A stretch of 64,000 bases of DNA. It comes from Octopus sinensis. Its lineage: Eukaryota. Made by a program: the position numbers and the translations under genes. Within the stretch, counting starts at the first letter, position 1. Each line of letters begins with the position of its first letter. The notes under the pieces were generated by a model that was given only the letters and a program-made list of their open reading frames with translations, was not told where the DNA came from and did not search any database. The stretch covers positions 8,122,001 through 8,186,000 of the forward strand of contig NC_043013.1 in assembly GCF_006345805.1 (NCBI RefSeq), read 5' to 3'. This document shows positions 24,417-35,547 of the stretch, piece after piece.

Positions 24417-25288
24417 TATGAAAAAACAAGTCAAGATAGAAAATGCTAAAATAATTTTATAAAGAACATTTCAGTACCGGTTTCGGCCATTTTGTGACCT
24501 TTTCAACTGTAACGATTAAATAATTAAATTTAGAAAAATTAAAAGAAAAGTTTTTTAAAGGAATATTTGTATTTGTATAGTGTATAAGTGGCATTTCCCT
24601 TGTTTCTGCCTTTCTCTGTCTCTCTTGTTTACACTTGTGGGTTGGAGGTCGTGGTGAATTCTTGGTAGGGTAGAAGAAGAAGAAGAAGGATGATGAGGAG
24701 AAGGGGTGGGAAAATTTGGGAGTGCTTTGATTGTAGTATTTTGAATGGTCAGTGGCAGCTAGCAGTTGCAGTTCAATTCATGAGAATATTTCTATTGAAA
24801 GGTTTGTTTATAGATGTTATACTAAAAAGCATTAGTGATAAAGTTAAGAAGTAGAAGGTGGAGCAGGAGAAGAAGAACACCTATGCAAATTCTATAAACA
24901 AACCTTTCAATAGAAATATTCTCATGAATTGAACTGCAACTGCTAGCTGCCACCGACCATTCAAAATACTACAATCAAAGCACTCCCAAATTTTCCCACC
25001 CCTTCTCCTCATCATCCTTCTTCTTCTTCTTCTACCCTACCAAGAATTCACAACAACCTCCAACCCACAAGTGTAAACAAGAGAGACAGAGAAAGGCAGA
25101 AACAATGGAAATGCCACTTATACACTATACAAATACAAATATTCCTTTAAAAAAACTTTTCTTTTAATTTTTCTAAATTTAATTATTTAATCGTTACAGT
25201 TGAAAAGGTCACAAAATGCCGAAACCGGTACTGAAATGTTCTTTATAAAATTATTTTAGCATTTTCTATCTTGACTTGTTTTTTCATA
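24417..25288. mobile_element. near-perfect foldback, 398-bp arms, 76-bp spacer; probably Penelope-like-element derived
   Basis: 24417-24814 versus 24891-25288: 6 differences counted by eye. Each arm has a hammerhead-like motif. The inverted repeat is certain; the Penelope origin is inferred. Confidence 0.9.
24471..24510 (-). ncRNA. minimal type I hammerhead ribozyme candidate, U3-A8 variant
   Basis: Minus strand: CAG-UUGAAAA-GGUC(ACAAAAU)GGCC-GAAA-CCGG-UA-CUG. The mirror copy at 25197-25233 (+) lacks one G in stem II. Confidence 0.6.
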
Positions 25289-25289
25289 C

Positions 25290-25321
<32 letters not shown>

Positions 25322-25936
25322 GTGCATGTGTATGCACACATACATGCATACAGGTGAGAATCTCATTACATTCATGGAGCAGACCTTTACGTTACAGCAG
25401 TTAGACATCGGGAATCTCACTGTCAGTGTTGCTATAGGATACCTGTAACGTCACACAGTTGTAGTGCTGGACATATCCTTCATAGAGCTGAGACTGACCT
25501 CTATGCTGTTACTGTTGAACCATTGCCTAAATCTGTAACTGGTCAGGAAGTGTTTACTGATAGTTCAGCCAAAAGTTTTCACACTGATGTTATACGGTGG
25601 GTTATACCATATGATGTTCTTATTTGTGAAGTCAGGCTGGCTATCACCTAACTATGATGAATAGTTAACTTTATCTAAGAAATAGCTGACTCATTGTAGT
25701 ATCTAATGGTTTTGATGAATGTGACTTCACCTGAGGATAAAGACATCCTCTTACCAATGATATCAGGTAGATGGTTTGATTTAGCATTGAAATATAATGA
25801 GATGGTATACATATGTGTATATTTATTAAATATCCTCTACTAACACTTGATATCTTCTCATGCTGGAGATGCTAATTGCTTTTCGAAAGATAGCTCTATT
25901 GGTTTGACATATCATGAACTTAAGTAATGCATATTA

Positions 25937-26342
25937 GGCGCAGGGGTGGCTGTGTGGTAAGTAGGTTGCTTACCAACCACATGGTTCCAGGTTCAGTCCC
26001 ACTGCGTGGCACCTTGGGCAAGTGTCTTCTACTATAGCCTCGGGCCGACCAAAGCCTTGTGAGTGGATTTGGTAGACGGAAACTGAAAGAAGCACGTCGT
26101 ATATATGTATATGTATATACATGCGTGTGTGTGTTTGTGTGTCTGTGTTTGTCCCCCTAGCATTGCTTGACAACCGATGCTGGTGTGTTTATGTCCCTGT
26201 CACTTAGCGGTTCGGCAAAAGAGACCGATAGAATAAGTACTGGGCTTACAAAAGAATAAGTCCCGGGGTCGAGTTGCTCGATTAAAGGCGGTGCTCCAGC
26301 ATGGCCGCAGTCAAATGACTGAAACAAGTAAAAGAGAGTAAA
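25937..26342 (+). mobile_element. SINE family A, full length
   Basis: High similarity to other family A copies. Confidence 0.9.
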
Positions 26343-26587
26343 GGAGAGAGGTATCATATTTATTGATGCAATGTCAAAGTATCCCAAATAAGATTCAAGG
26401 TGAGGAAGTTGATGGTGGAGGGGAAGGAGGAAATCCTGAATCTCAATAAACAAAAGAATATATAATGATACCTCCCCACCCCAGCATTTTTCCTGCCCTA
26501 TACAGAAATGAGAGTTGAAGCAGAAGATCTTTTTTCCTTTTTTTATAGGGGTTCTTCATTATTTAAGGCTGACTTCGCTTCTACACA

Positions 26588-26621
<34 letters not shown>

Positions 26622-27017
26622 GTGTTGGCCTGGACAAGATTTTTGTGGGGAAGACTAGAAGTTTTCCTATGCATGCAAGTCCCTTCTCTTCATGTCATCA
26701 GTGTTTATCCAAGAGGGTGATTACTGTCTTGAGTTGGTACAACTTGGCACCAGTTCTGTCATGGAGAATGATGTTAGAATGCAAGGAACCAGAACAAGTA
26801 TTGCCAGGTATCTTTCCCCAATATTCTGACATTTCTATCAATCCCTCACCCTGGTTTGGTACTTTCTCAGCAATCATGAAAGGGTGAAAAGCAAGGTTGA
26901 TTTCACCTGCATTTGAACTCAGAGTGCAGGGTATCAGAATATATACTGCAAGGCATTCTCCCCAATGCTTTGCTAATTTGCCTCCTTTAATTTTTTAAAA
27001 TTCACCAGCAAATATAA

Positions 27018-27837
27018 GCACAGGCATGGTTATGTGGTAAGAAACTTGCTTCTCAACCACCTAGTTCATGGTTCAGTCCCACTGCATGGCACCTTGAGCA
27101 AGTGTCTTCTGCTATAGTCTTTGGCTGACCAAATCCTTGTGAGTGGATTTGGTAGACAGAAACTGAAAGTAGCCCATTGTATGTATGTGTGTGTGTGTGT
27201 GCGTATGTGTGTGTGTGTGTATGCGTATATATATGTCTTTGTGCGCGTGCTTATTTCCCCCACCCCACCACCACTTGACAACTGGTGCTGGTGTGTTTAC
27301 ATCCCTGTAACTTAGTGGTTCAGCAGAAAAGACAAATAGAATAAATACCAGGTTTTAGAAGAGTAAGTTCAGCAGTTGATTCATCATCATCATCATCATT
27401 GTTTAACGTTCGTTTTCTGCGCTAGCACGGGTTGGACGGTTCGACCGGGGTCTGGGAAGCCAGGGGCTGCACCAGGCTCCAGTCTGATCCGGCAGAGTTT
27501 CTACAGCTGGATGCCCTTCCTAATGCCAACCACTCCGCGAGAGTAGTGGGTGCTTTTTACGTGCCACCTGCACAGGTGCTGGGGGGGGAGGGGTCCAGCA
27601 TCGGCCACGATCGGTTGGAGCTTTTTAACGTGCCACCGGCACGAGAGCCAGCCAAGGCTTTGCTGGCAACAGCCACATTCGGATGGTGCTTTTTATGTGC
27701 CACCAGCACTGGAGCCAGTTGGGGCAGTGCTGGCATCAGCCACGTTCGGACGGTGCTTTTTATCATTTGATTAAAAATTCTTCAATGCAGTGCTCCAGCA
27801 TGGCTGCAGTCTAATGACTGAAACAAGTAAAAGATAA
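27018..27837 (+). mobile_element. SINE family A interrupted by a family D element (27383-27766, minus)
   Basis: The family A tail resumes after the D insertion; TTGATT occurs on both sides of D. Confidence 0.75.
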
Positions 27838-28788
27838 AAAAAAACAAATCATTCCTATTTCTGCAGCAGATGCAAAACTGAGATCTCTTTTGCGTAAAGA
27901 AAAGAAATATTTAAAATTTAAACAAGACCTTCATGCTCCCTGTTTTTACAAAAAATAAATATACCAGAATTTTTTTTTCTTTTTATATTGATTCTTGTTG
28001 ACACAGCCCACTTTTAGTTAGCTCAATTCCTGTGTCTGCTATAAAATAAGAACATGTCTCATCCTTGCTAGAAGAGTAAACAAACCTCAGGCTTGCTGTG
28101 GAGAGGAGGTAGATTCAATTTGGCTGTTTAAGCAGACAGGTCCTAGCCTTACCATAGAAAAAAAACTGATCCCTGCTATTTAATCCCAGTGGACAACCCT
28201 TGTATTTACTCTTGAAGCAAGCATGTCTCAGTCCCACTAGAGACATTGGCAGGTTCTATTTCATCAATGATATGAGAATGAAATTCACGACTATGATGAA
28301 AGAATTCCTTGAAAGGCTGTGTAAACACTGTATGATAGCGATATATATTTCATGAAACTGAAAAAGGTTAATATTTTTGGCAAGGAATGTTATAAATTTG
28401 AGTGATATACAAACAAACTAGGTGAGAAGCTGAGATACATTTTCAAATGATGTTGTTGAATTACTAAAAATAATATTTCTTTTTATGACTCTTCTTATAT
28501 CCTTTTTTTACAGTTTATATTTTGGTTTATTTCTCTTCCCTCGTATGTTGAAATAGATAACAAGGTAACATGAGGACTGGAGCAGGAAATGTTGCAAAAC
28601 TGGCAAAATAGAGGGTTGAGGCGTGTAAGTGACTGAGAGTTTGTAAGACTGTGTACTAGATTGAGAATTAAAAATTAGTTTACAATTAGGCGCAGGTATG
28701 GCTGTGTGGTACAAAGTTTGCTTCCCAATCACATGGTCCTGGGTTCAGTCCCACTGAGTGGCACCTTGCGCATGTGGATTCAGGAATC

Positions 28789-29210
28789 GGATCTTTTCGG
28801 TTTGAACAGCAGTTTTTTCTAGCGGTGTCATATGAAATTGTCACCCATAATTATGACCCTAGTATCGATCTATTGCATTTCAATCTGTTTTAGGGTTAGG
28901 GTTAGTTAGGGTTAGGGGGAAGGGTATCTTTTTTTCTTCACAAATGTAAATAAACCCAATCTGTTTCTTAAACGAGGGACATATTCATACAGCACAGAAT
29001 GCTTTTTACCTCAATACACGTCATTGATTGGTTGAAATCGCAGAAATTGAAGAAAAAAAAACAACAAATATCTTACAAACCACAGAATTTTCTCAAGAAA
29101 GCCAAGAGAAAAAGATGTTTTATAAACACATTCTACCAGTATACGAAGTTTAAAAGTGTTTAGTTACATAGAAATTATGTTAAAAACTGCCGTTCAAACC
29201 GAAAAGATCC
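28789..29210. mobile_element. non-autonomous DNA transposon, 29-bp TIRs, 8-bp TSD, internal TTAGGG repeats (Merlin- or MULE-like)
   Basis: TIR GGATCTTTTCGGTTTGAAC(A/G)GCAGTTTTT; TSD CAGGAATC at 28781-28788 and 29211-29218. Superfamily inferred from the GG terminus and TSD length. Confidence 0.85.
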
Positions 29211-29666
29211 CAGGAATCTAAGCAGCTGCATCTACACCCTTGTGCTTTCCACATAAGTCCCGTGACAATAGAGAAAGAGACAATGGGGACAAGTAGAGGA
29301 TACTGCTGGAAGTTTTCAGCTTTGACCCTACACACAGGCAGCTGTAAGGTGATGGTTGTCATTAAGCTATATCTTGGTAAACTCTAAGGCAGCAAGCTGG
29401 CAGAAACATTAGTATGCTGGGCAAAATGCTTAGCAGTATTTTGTCTGTCTCCACATTCTGAGTTCAAACTCTGCCAAAGTCGATTTTGCCTTTCATCCTT
29501 CCAGGGTTGATAAATTAAGTACCAGTTGCATACTGGAGTCGATCTAATCGACTGGCCTCTTCCCCCCAAATTCCGGGCCTTGTGCCTAGAGTAGAAAAAT
29601 ATATCTTGCCAAACTCTCTTTCATTGAAGTGGCAAGAGAGTCTGCAATAGCATACAGCAATGCAGA

Positions 29667-29990
29667 GTGAAGGCAAATGGCTTAGTGTTTAGGGTTTTCA
29701 GATCATGACCTAAAAGCCGTGAGTTCAATTCTTGGTTGTGCATTGCGTCTTTGAGACGGACATTTTATTTCGTGTTGCTCCAGTCCACTCTGCTGGCAAA
29801 AATGAATAGTACCTATATTTCAAAGGGTCACCCTTGTCACACTCTGTGTCACACTGAATCTCCCTGTGAACTATGTTAAGGGTACACGTGTCTGTGGAAT
29901 ATTCAACCACTTGCATGTTAATTTCACAAGCAGGCTGTTCTGTTGATCGGATCAACTATAACCCTCGTAGTCAAAACGAAGAGAGTGCCA
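29667..29990 (+). mobile_element. SINE with family E head and family C tail type 1
   Basis: 5' half matches family E; 3' half matches ...AAGGGTACACGTGTCTGTGG...GCAGGCTGTTC... of family C. Confidence 0.7.
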
Positions 29991-30270
29991 ATTAAAATTT
30001 TTAAAAAATCAACAACGCAGTGTCTCTATTCTAAAATCTGCAATACACAAATGTCCTGTGTGCATGTGTGTATGTGAGCCTGTGTGTGTGTGTTTGTGTA
30101 TTTTTATATATATGTGAGCATGTGTGTTGTGTGTGTCAATCATTTGCATTGTAAACGAGCAACGGAATGTCAGAAAAGCAAACTTAAAACATCTGCCATG
30201 TATACTCTCTTTAATATGTATGAGACACTGTTGTTGTGGTCACAAAGGTTTGCTATTGTTGCAAAGCAGT

Positions 30271-30282
30271 ACACACACACAC

Positions 30283-30341
<59 letters not shown>

Positions 30342-30364
30342 CACACACACCACACACACAACAC

Positions 30365-30405
<41 letters not shown>

Positions 30406-30472
30406 CCACACCCACACACACACACACACACACACGCACACACACACACACACACACACGCACACACACCAC

Positions 30473-30515
<43 letters not shown>

Positions 30516-30890
30516 GCACTCATTTACACCTTGCACCTCTTGTCCCACGTGTGTTTCTCTCTCTGCCTCTTTCACTTACTCCTTCTCCATCTCCTTCTCT
30601 CTCACTCTCAGTCTCTGTATATTTGTCTGTCTCTTCCTCATAAAAACAAACACACCACACATATTTATGCATACTTTTCATACAAACTCATTGTTCTGTC
30701 ACTTCCATTGCTACCTTTCTCTCTCACACACACATACACACACACAAATACATGCACAAACACACACACACATGTGCAAGTGCACACTCATACACTCATG
30801 CACATACAAACACACACACATAAACACACATAGTCAAATTCACACAAAACCACACCCACGCACAAACACCAACACACACGTGCACACATA

Positions 30891-30922
<32 letters not shown>

Positions 30923-31191
30923 TTGGCACTTACACAGAACCACACTCAGAAATAAACACTCACACACACAGACACACACACACACACCACACATTTTCAA
31001 ATTCACTCAGAAACACACACATAAACTCACACACAATCTCATACAACCACACATACTCTTACATACAAAAACACACACATGCACAACAGTTGCACATTCA
31101 CACCTACATTCGTACACACACACATTCGTACACAACACACACACACATTCGTACACACACACACACACATTTGTACACACACACACACACA
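30271..31191. repeat. ~0.9-kb (CA)n-derived cryptic satellite
   Basis: Visible directly; explains the His/Thr and Cys/Val ORFs. Confidence 0.95.
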
Positions 31192-31683
31192 CCATCTTAA
31201 AATATCATTAGCCAACTCCATTATTTGCATGAAAAGCAATTTCTTATTAACATCTCTTATATCTATTTTACTTACCACCATCCCTCTGCCGAAACAAAAA
31301 CCAGTGTATTCTACTAAGTCAACCAACCAATACTAACACTGTCATAAACTAAAGAGTGTAGTATTACTTACCAAACTAATAAAAAGTAGAAATGTAATTA
31401 TCAATACTACCTTTAGTTATGCTGTTACTGCTGTTTAACTCAAAGCTATCTCTCGTTGAGCAGACCTAGGTAATGACTGTTAGACATTCTGGTGGTGACT
31501 ACCCATATATAAACACACACACACACACACACATGTATACACCTATGAATGCTGAAACTTCAAAGTTCCTGTCGACCTTTCCTGTGTAAAAGTTAATAAA
31601 TACATATGCTACCAAAAGTGTTAAGTAAACTTCTTAAATTTTTCTTATGTATGACTTCGCATTAGAACATTAGTAGATATATA

Positions 31684-31845
31684 TATATAAAACATTAGAA
31701 AAAAACACCTTTTATCAATTCAAAATGAATAATTATTTTAATTATTTTAATTTTAACTTTTCTATTATATGTAATTTTCTAGATGGTATAATTTAATTAT
31801 TCATTTTGAATTGATAAAAAGTGTTTTTTTCTAATATTTTATATA
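31684..31845. repeat. AT-rich inverted repeat, ~52-bp arms
   Basis: TATATAAAACATTAGAAAAAAACACCTTTTATCAATTCAAAATGAATAATTA, mirrored at 31794-31845. Confidence 0.75.
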
Positions 31846-31848
31846 TTA

Positions 31849-31883
<35 letters not shown>

Positions 31884-32982
31884 GTAGAGAGAGAGAGAGA
31901 GATAAATAGATAGGCATACATACACATACACACAAACACACACACACACTATGTCTAAGAAAAAAGACAGGATGGCCACTGTAGGAGCATCATTAATCAG
32001 ATGTTTGCTTCATCATAGCTTGTCTCAAACAATATCAAAAACAACTAATATATTACTAATTGAAATAGTTAAACTAGCTTTATGGACAATTTGTGACCTA
32101 TGAAATCAACCAAGATATTAATCTTTATAATCAGTAAAAATAAATTTCTCAGCTCTCTAGAAAACCAATTAGTGTAGTCCCAATTAATTTCTTGTCAAGC
32201 AATTAACACTAATCAGCTAATATTAGGTTTAATAGTGTAATAAATGGACAGTTTTTGAAGTGGTATTTTTAAAGAGTAATTTAAAGAGATGTTTAATTTT
32301 ATATACCACCCTCTGAAAAAATTATATGTATACAGGCATTGGCATAGCTAGGCACAGGCATAGCTATATGGTAAGAAGTTTGTTTCTCAACCACATAGTT
32401 TTGGGTTCAGTCCCGCTGCATGGCACTTTAGGCTAGAGTCTTGTGATGGATTTGATAGACAGAAAGTGAAAGAACCCTGTCATATATATAAGTTCGCTTC
32501 TTATAAATGGGTCTCCATAAGAATGTTTAAGTCAAGTTAAAGATGTTTCCTAGACATCATTATTTTGTCTCATTAGATCGAGAAGCACTAAAAAATGTAA
32601 TTCATTTAAATTTTGAAATCATATCTCAATTTACTTGCAAATTAAATCTATAATTTTGTAGAACAGCTGTCTGTATCTTTCGTCTCCTGTTTCAAATGCA
32701 TTTTTCTATTCTTCATTTGAGGATAAATGCCCAAAATTTAGAAAATTCATGTTTTTTTTTTCTTTCAAAACTTACACAATTTCATTTACTTTACGAATAC
32801 AGTAGGACTTGTCAAATGTTTTTTTTTTTTCTGGAGGATGTCAAATGCTGCATTTGTGTAAATAAAAATATTTAACAAAAAATTGAATTCATAATTTTGT
32901 AAATTAGAATACAATGCCTGAGCATAGGTATAGCTTTCATTGTCCCATTTACTTGAATTATCAATGATGATTAGGAATAAAT

Positions 32983-33111
32983 CAGCTGGAAGAGATGTCT
33001 TCCCGGGGCTGAAAAGTAGTAACATTGCCCTACAGAGGACTTCCACATTGTGTTGGAAAATATACTTTACTGTACAGTACTGTTACTACATATATCCTGC
33101 TCAGAGATTTA
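32983..33111 (+). mobile_element. degenerate fragment of the 35.5-36.3 kb repeat family
   Basis: CAGCTGGAAGAGATGTCTTCCCGGGGCT...GCTCAGAGATTTA aligns with 36123-36252. Confidence 0.65.
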
Positions 33112-33340
33112 AAACTATATATATATATAAACACAGAGGTGTAGGTTCAAGTCCTACCTATACAGAAAACTCACTTCTTTTCTGTCGAGGGCTTGAATGC
33201 TGCAATATTAGAGTAGTTTCCATAGTCAATACACAGGGATTGCTTACAAGCTCTAAGCTTATGAAATATGATTTATTTACAGAATTGTAAAATTTGGCAC
33301 CGCTTTTCAAAAATATTGCAGAAAACACACATGATATCTT

Positions 33341-33385
<45 letters not shown>

Positions 33386-33556
33386 CACATAATATGTGTG
33401 TGTGTGTGTATGTATATATATATATATATACTTACATATACACAAACAAATATGTCTATGCAAATATGTGTATCTGTCTGCCTATCAATCTATCTATCTG
33501 CTAGTCTGTCTATCTCTCATTTTCTCTCTCTTTCTTTTTCCCAACACAAACAAGCA

Positions 33557-33636
<80 letters not shown>

Positions 33637-33956
33637 GTGTGTGTGTGTAGCCCCCCTTATATAGTGGGTTCAGATGCCATTAAGGTCAGCATTGTCTTTC
33701 ATCTTTTGAGGCTTGGTGCCTTGTACAGCAATCCCTTCTAGCTGTCACATCCTTCATGTTCAGCTGACTTAATGAGGGAAGGGCTCACAACCAAATGCCT
33801 ACCTAAAAGAATTCATGCTTCTCACTATGAAGTCATTCTGGGTTGAAAGTGACAGCTGAAGGTATATATATATAGATATATAGATATAAATACACACACA
33901 CATACACACATACATGCACACACACACATACATGCACACACACACACACACACATA

Positions 33957-34172
33957 TGAGGAGATGCTGAAAAGTTCTTGGCTTTAAGGGTATCATGAAA
34001 GGCCTGGTTGGAGGCCCAACCTCCTGAGTTCTTTTACAAGGCTTAGAAAAACTGAAGGACCGCTGCAATAAGTGTGTAATCTGAGAGGGGAATTTGTTGA
34101 ATAAAATCATAATTAACTGATCCTCCTCTATTTTCTTTTAACCAAAGCCAGTAACTTTTCAGTAACCCTGGA
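33957..34172 (+). mobile_element. internally deleted mariner element
   Basis: TIR-like GATGCTGAAAAGTTCTTGGCTTT / AAAGCCAGTAACTTTTCAG. The interior translates as LQGLEKLKDRCNKCV..LRGEFVE*, a mariner transposase C-terminus. Confidence 0.75.
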
Positions 34173-34187
34173 TGTATGTGTCTCTGT

Positions 34188-34247
<60 letters not shown>

Positions 34248-34429
34248 ATGTATATATGCGTATATATAAGTAGGCACATTGGCACAAAACAAAGTAGTAA
34301 AAATTGTTCTTGACTACAAAAAAGTAGAGTAAATTACAATTTTATTAAAGCTAAATAAACTCCACAAATCACTACTCAGAGTTTCATGTAAGTGTTCATT
34401 AGACAGTTGTGATAATACAGAATAATGTA

Positions 34430-34460
<31 letters not shown>

Positions 34461-34542
34461 CACACACACAAACATATATGTATGTGCATATATATATATA
34501 TATGTGTGTGTGTGTGTATATATGTACGTATATATGTTTGTT

Positions 34543-34836
34543 CCTTCTCGAGCCATGCCTGGCTCATAAGGGCTGGTTTCCCGGTTTCCTTGACGTATAG
34601 GTTCCCCACCTGGACAGGACGCCAGTCCGTCGAGGTGAGCTGCAAGATGCAGGAGTAAAGAGTGAGAGAAAGTTGTGGCGAAAGAGTCAGCAGAAGTTTG
34701 CCATTACCTTCTGCCGGAGCCGCGTGGAGCTTAGGTGTTTCACTCATAAACACACACATCACCCGGTCTGAGATTTGAACCCGTGATCCCTCGACCATGA
34801 GTCCACTGTTCTAACCACTATGCCATGTGCCTCCAC
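34543..34836 (-). mobile_element. SINE family C head with tail type 3
   Basis: C-type head and body; tail GACGGACTGGCGTCCTGTCCAGG...GGAAACC shared with 62352-62663. Confidence 0.75.
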
Positions 34837-35547
34837 ATATGTATATATATTTATGCATATATATCAATGTTTATGCCTATATATGTATATATGTGTATAT
34901 AAATGCATGTATATATTTATGCATATACATGTGTGTGCTTGTGTGCATGCATGCATGCATGTATGTTTGTAAGTCTGTATGTGTGTGTGTGTATTAATTA
35001 TATATGCAATTAGAAGCTAAAACTCCTTGAACTGTAAACAATACGTTTCATGCTTCTGAATGTTCAAATGTTTGGAAATGCCTAGTAGTATGACAATGTA
35101 TACGCAAACATATCCGAAAACATATTTATATATGATTAGTTAGCAGTACATCAAGATTTGATTGGTTGTCAAAAATATCTTTTAGAAACTGTTATATTTT
35201 CATCTGTTCATTATGATGTGCAGAGATATGTCATGTTTTCCATCGATGTCATTATGTCTTTGCGCATGGTAATGAATAGTTGAAAATGTGACATTTTCTA
35301 ATAGATTTTTTTTTTTCATCCAGCTTATCAACTATTGATGTACTGTGAACTAAACATCTCTTGATGCATTTTAGAATATTTTTGCCTGTATATTGTTAGC
35401 ATTCTTCAATTATTTGAATGATAAGAAACAGGAGACTGAGAGCTATATAGATACATGCGTGGATAGCTACATACATATACACATCCATTGAGTGTTACAC
35501 ACACACACACATATATGTAGAGAGTTATATGGACAAATATATGTGTA

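Noticed and set aside
30084-31200. Long ORFs (249 aa, 358 aa) and similar His/Thr, Tyr/Ile and Cys/Val-rich ORFs throughout
   Set aside because: Translations of CA, TA, CATA, GATA and GA microsatellites.
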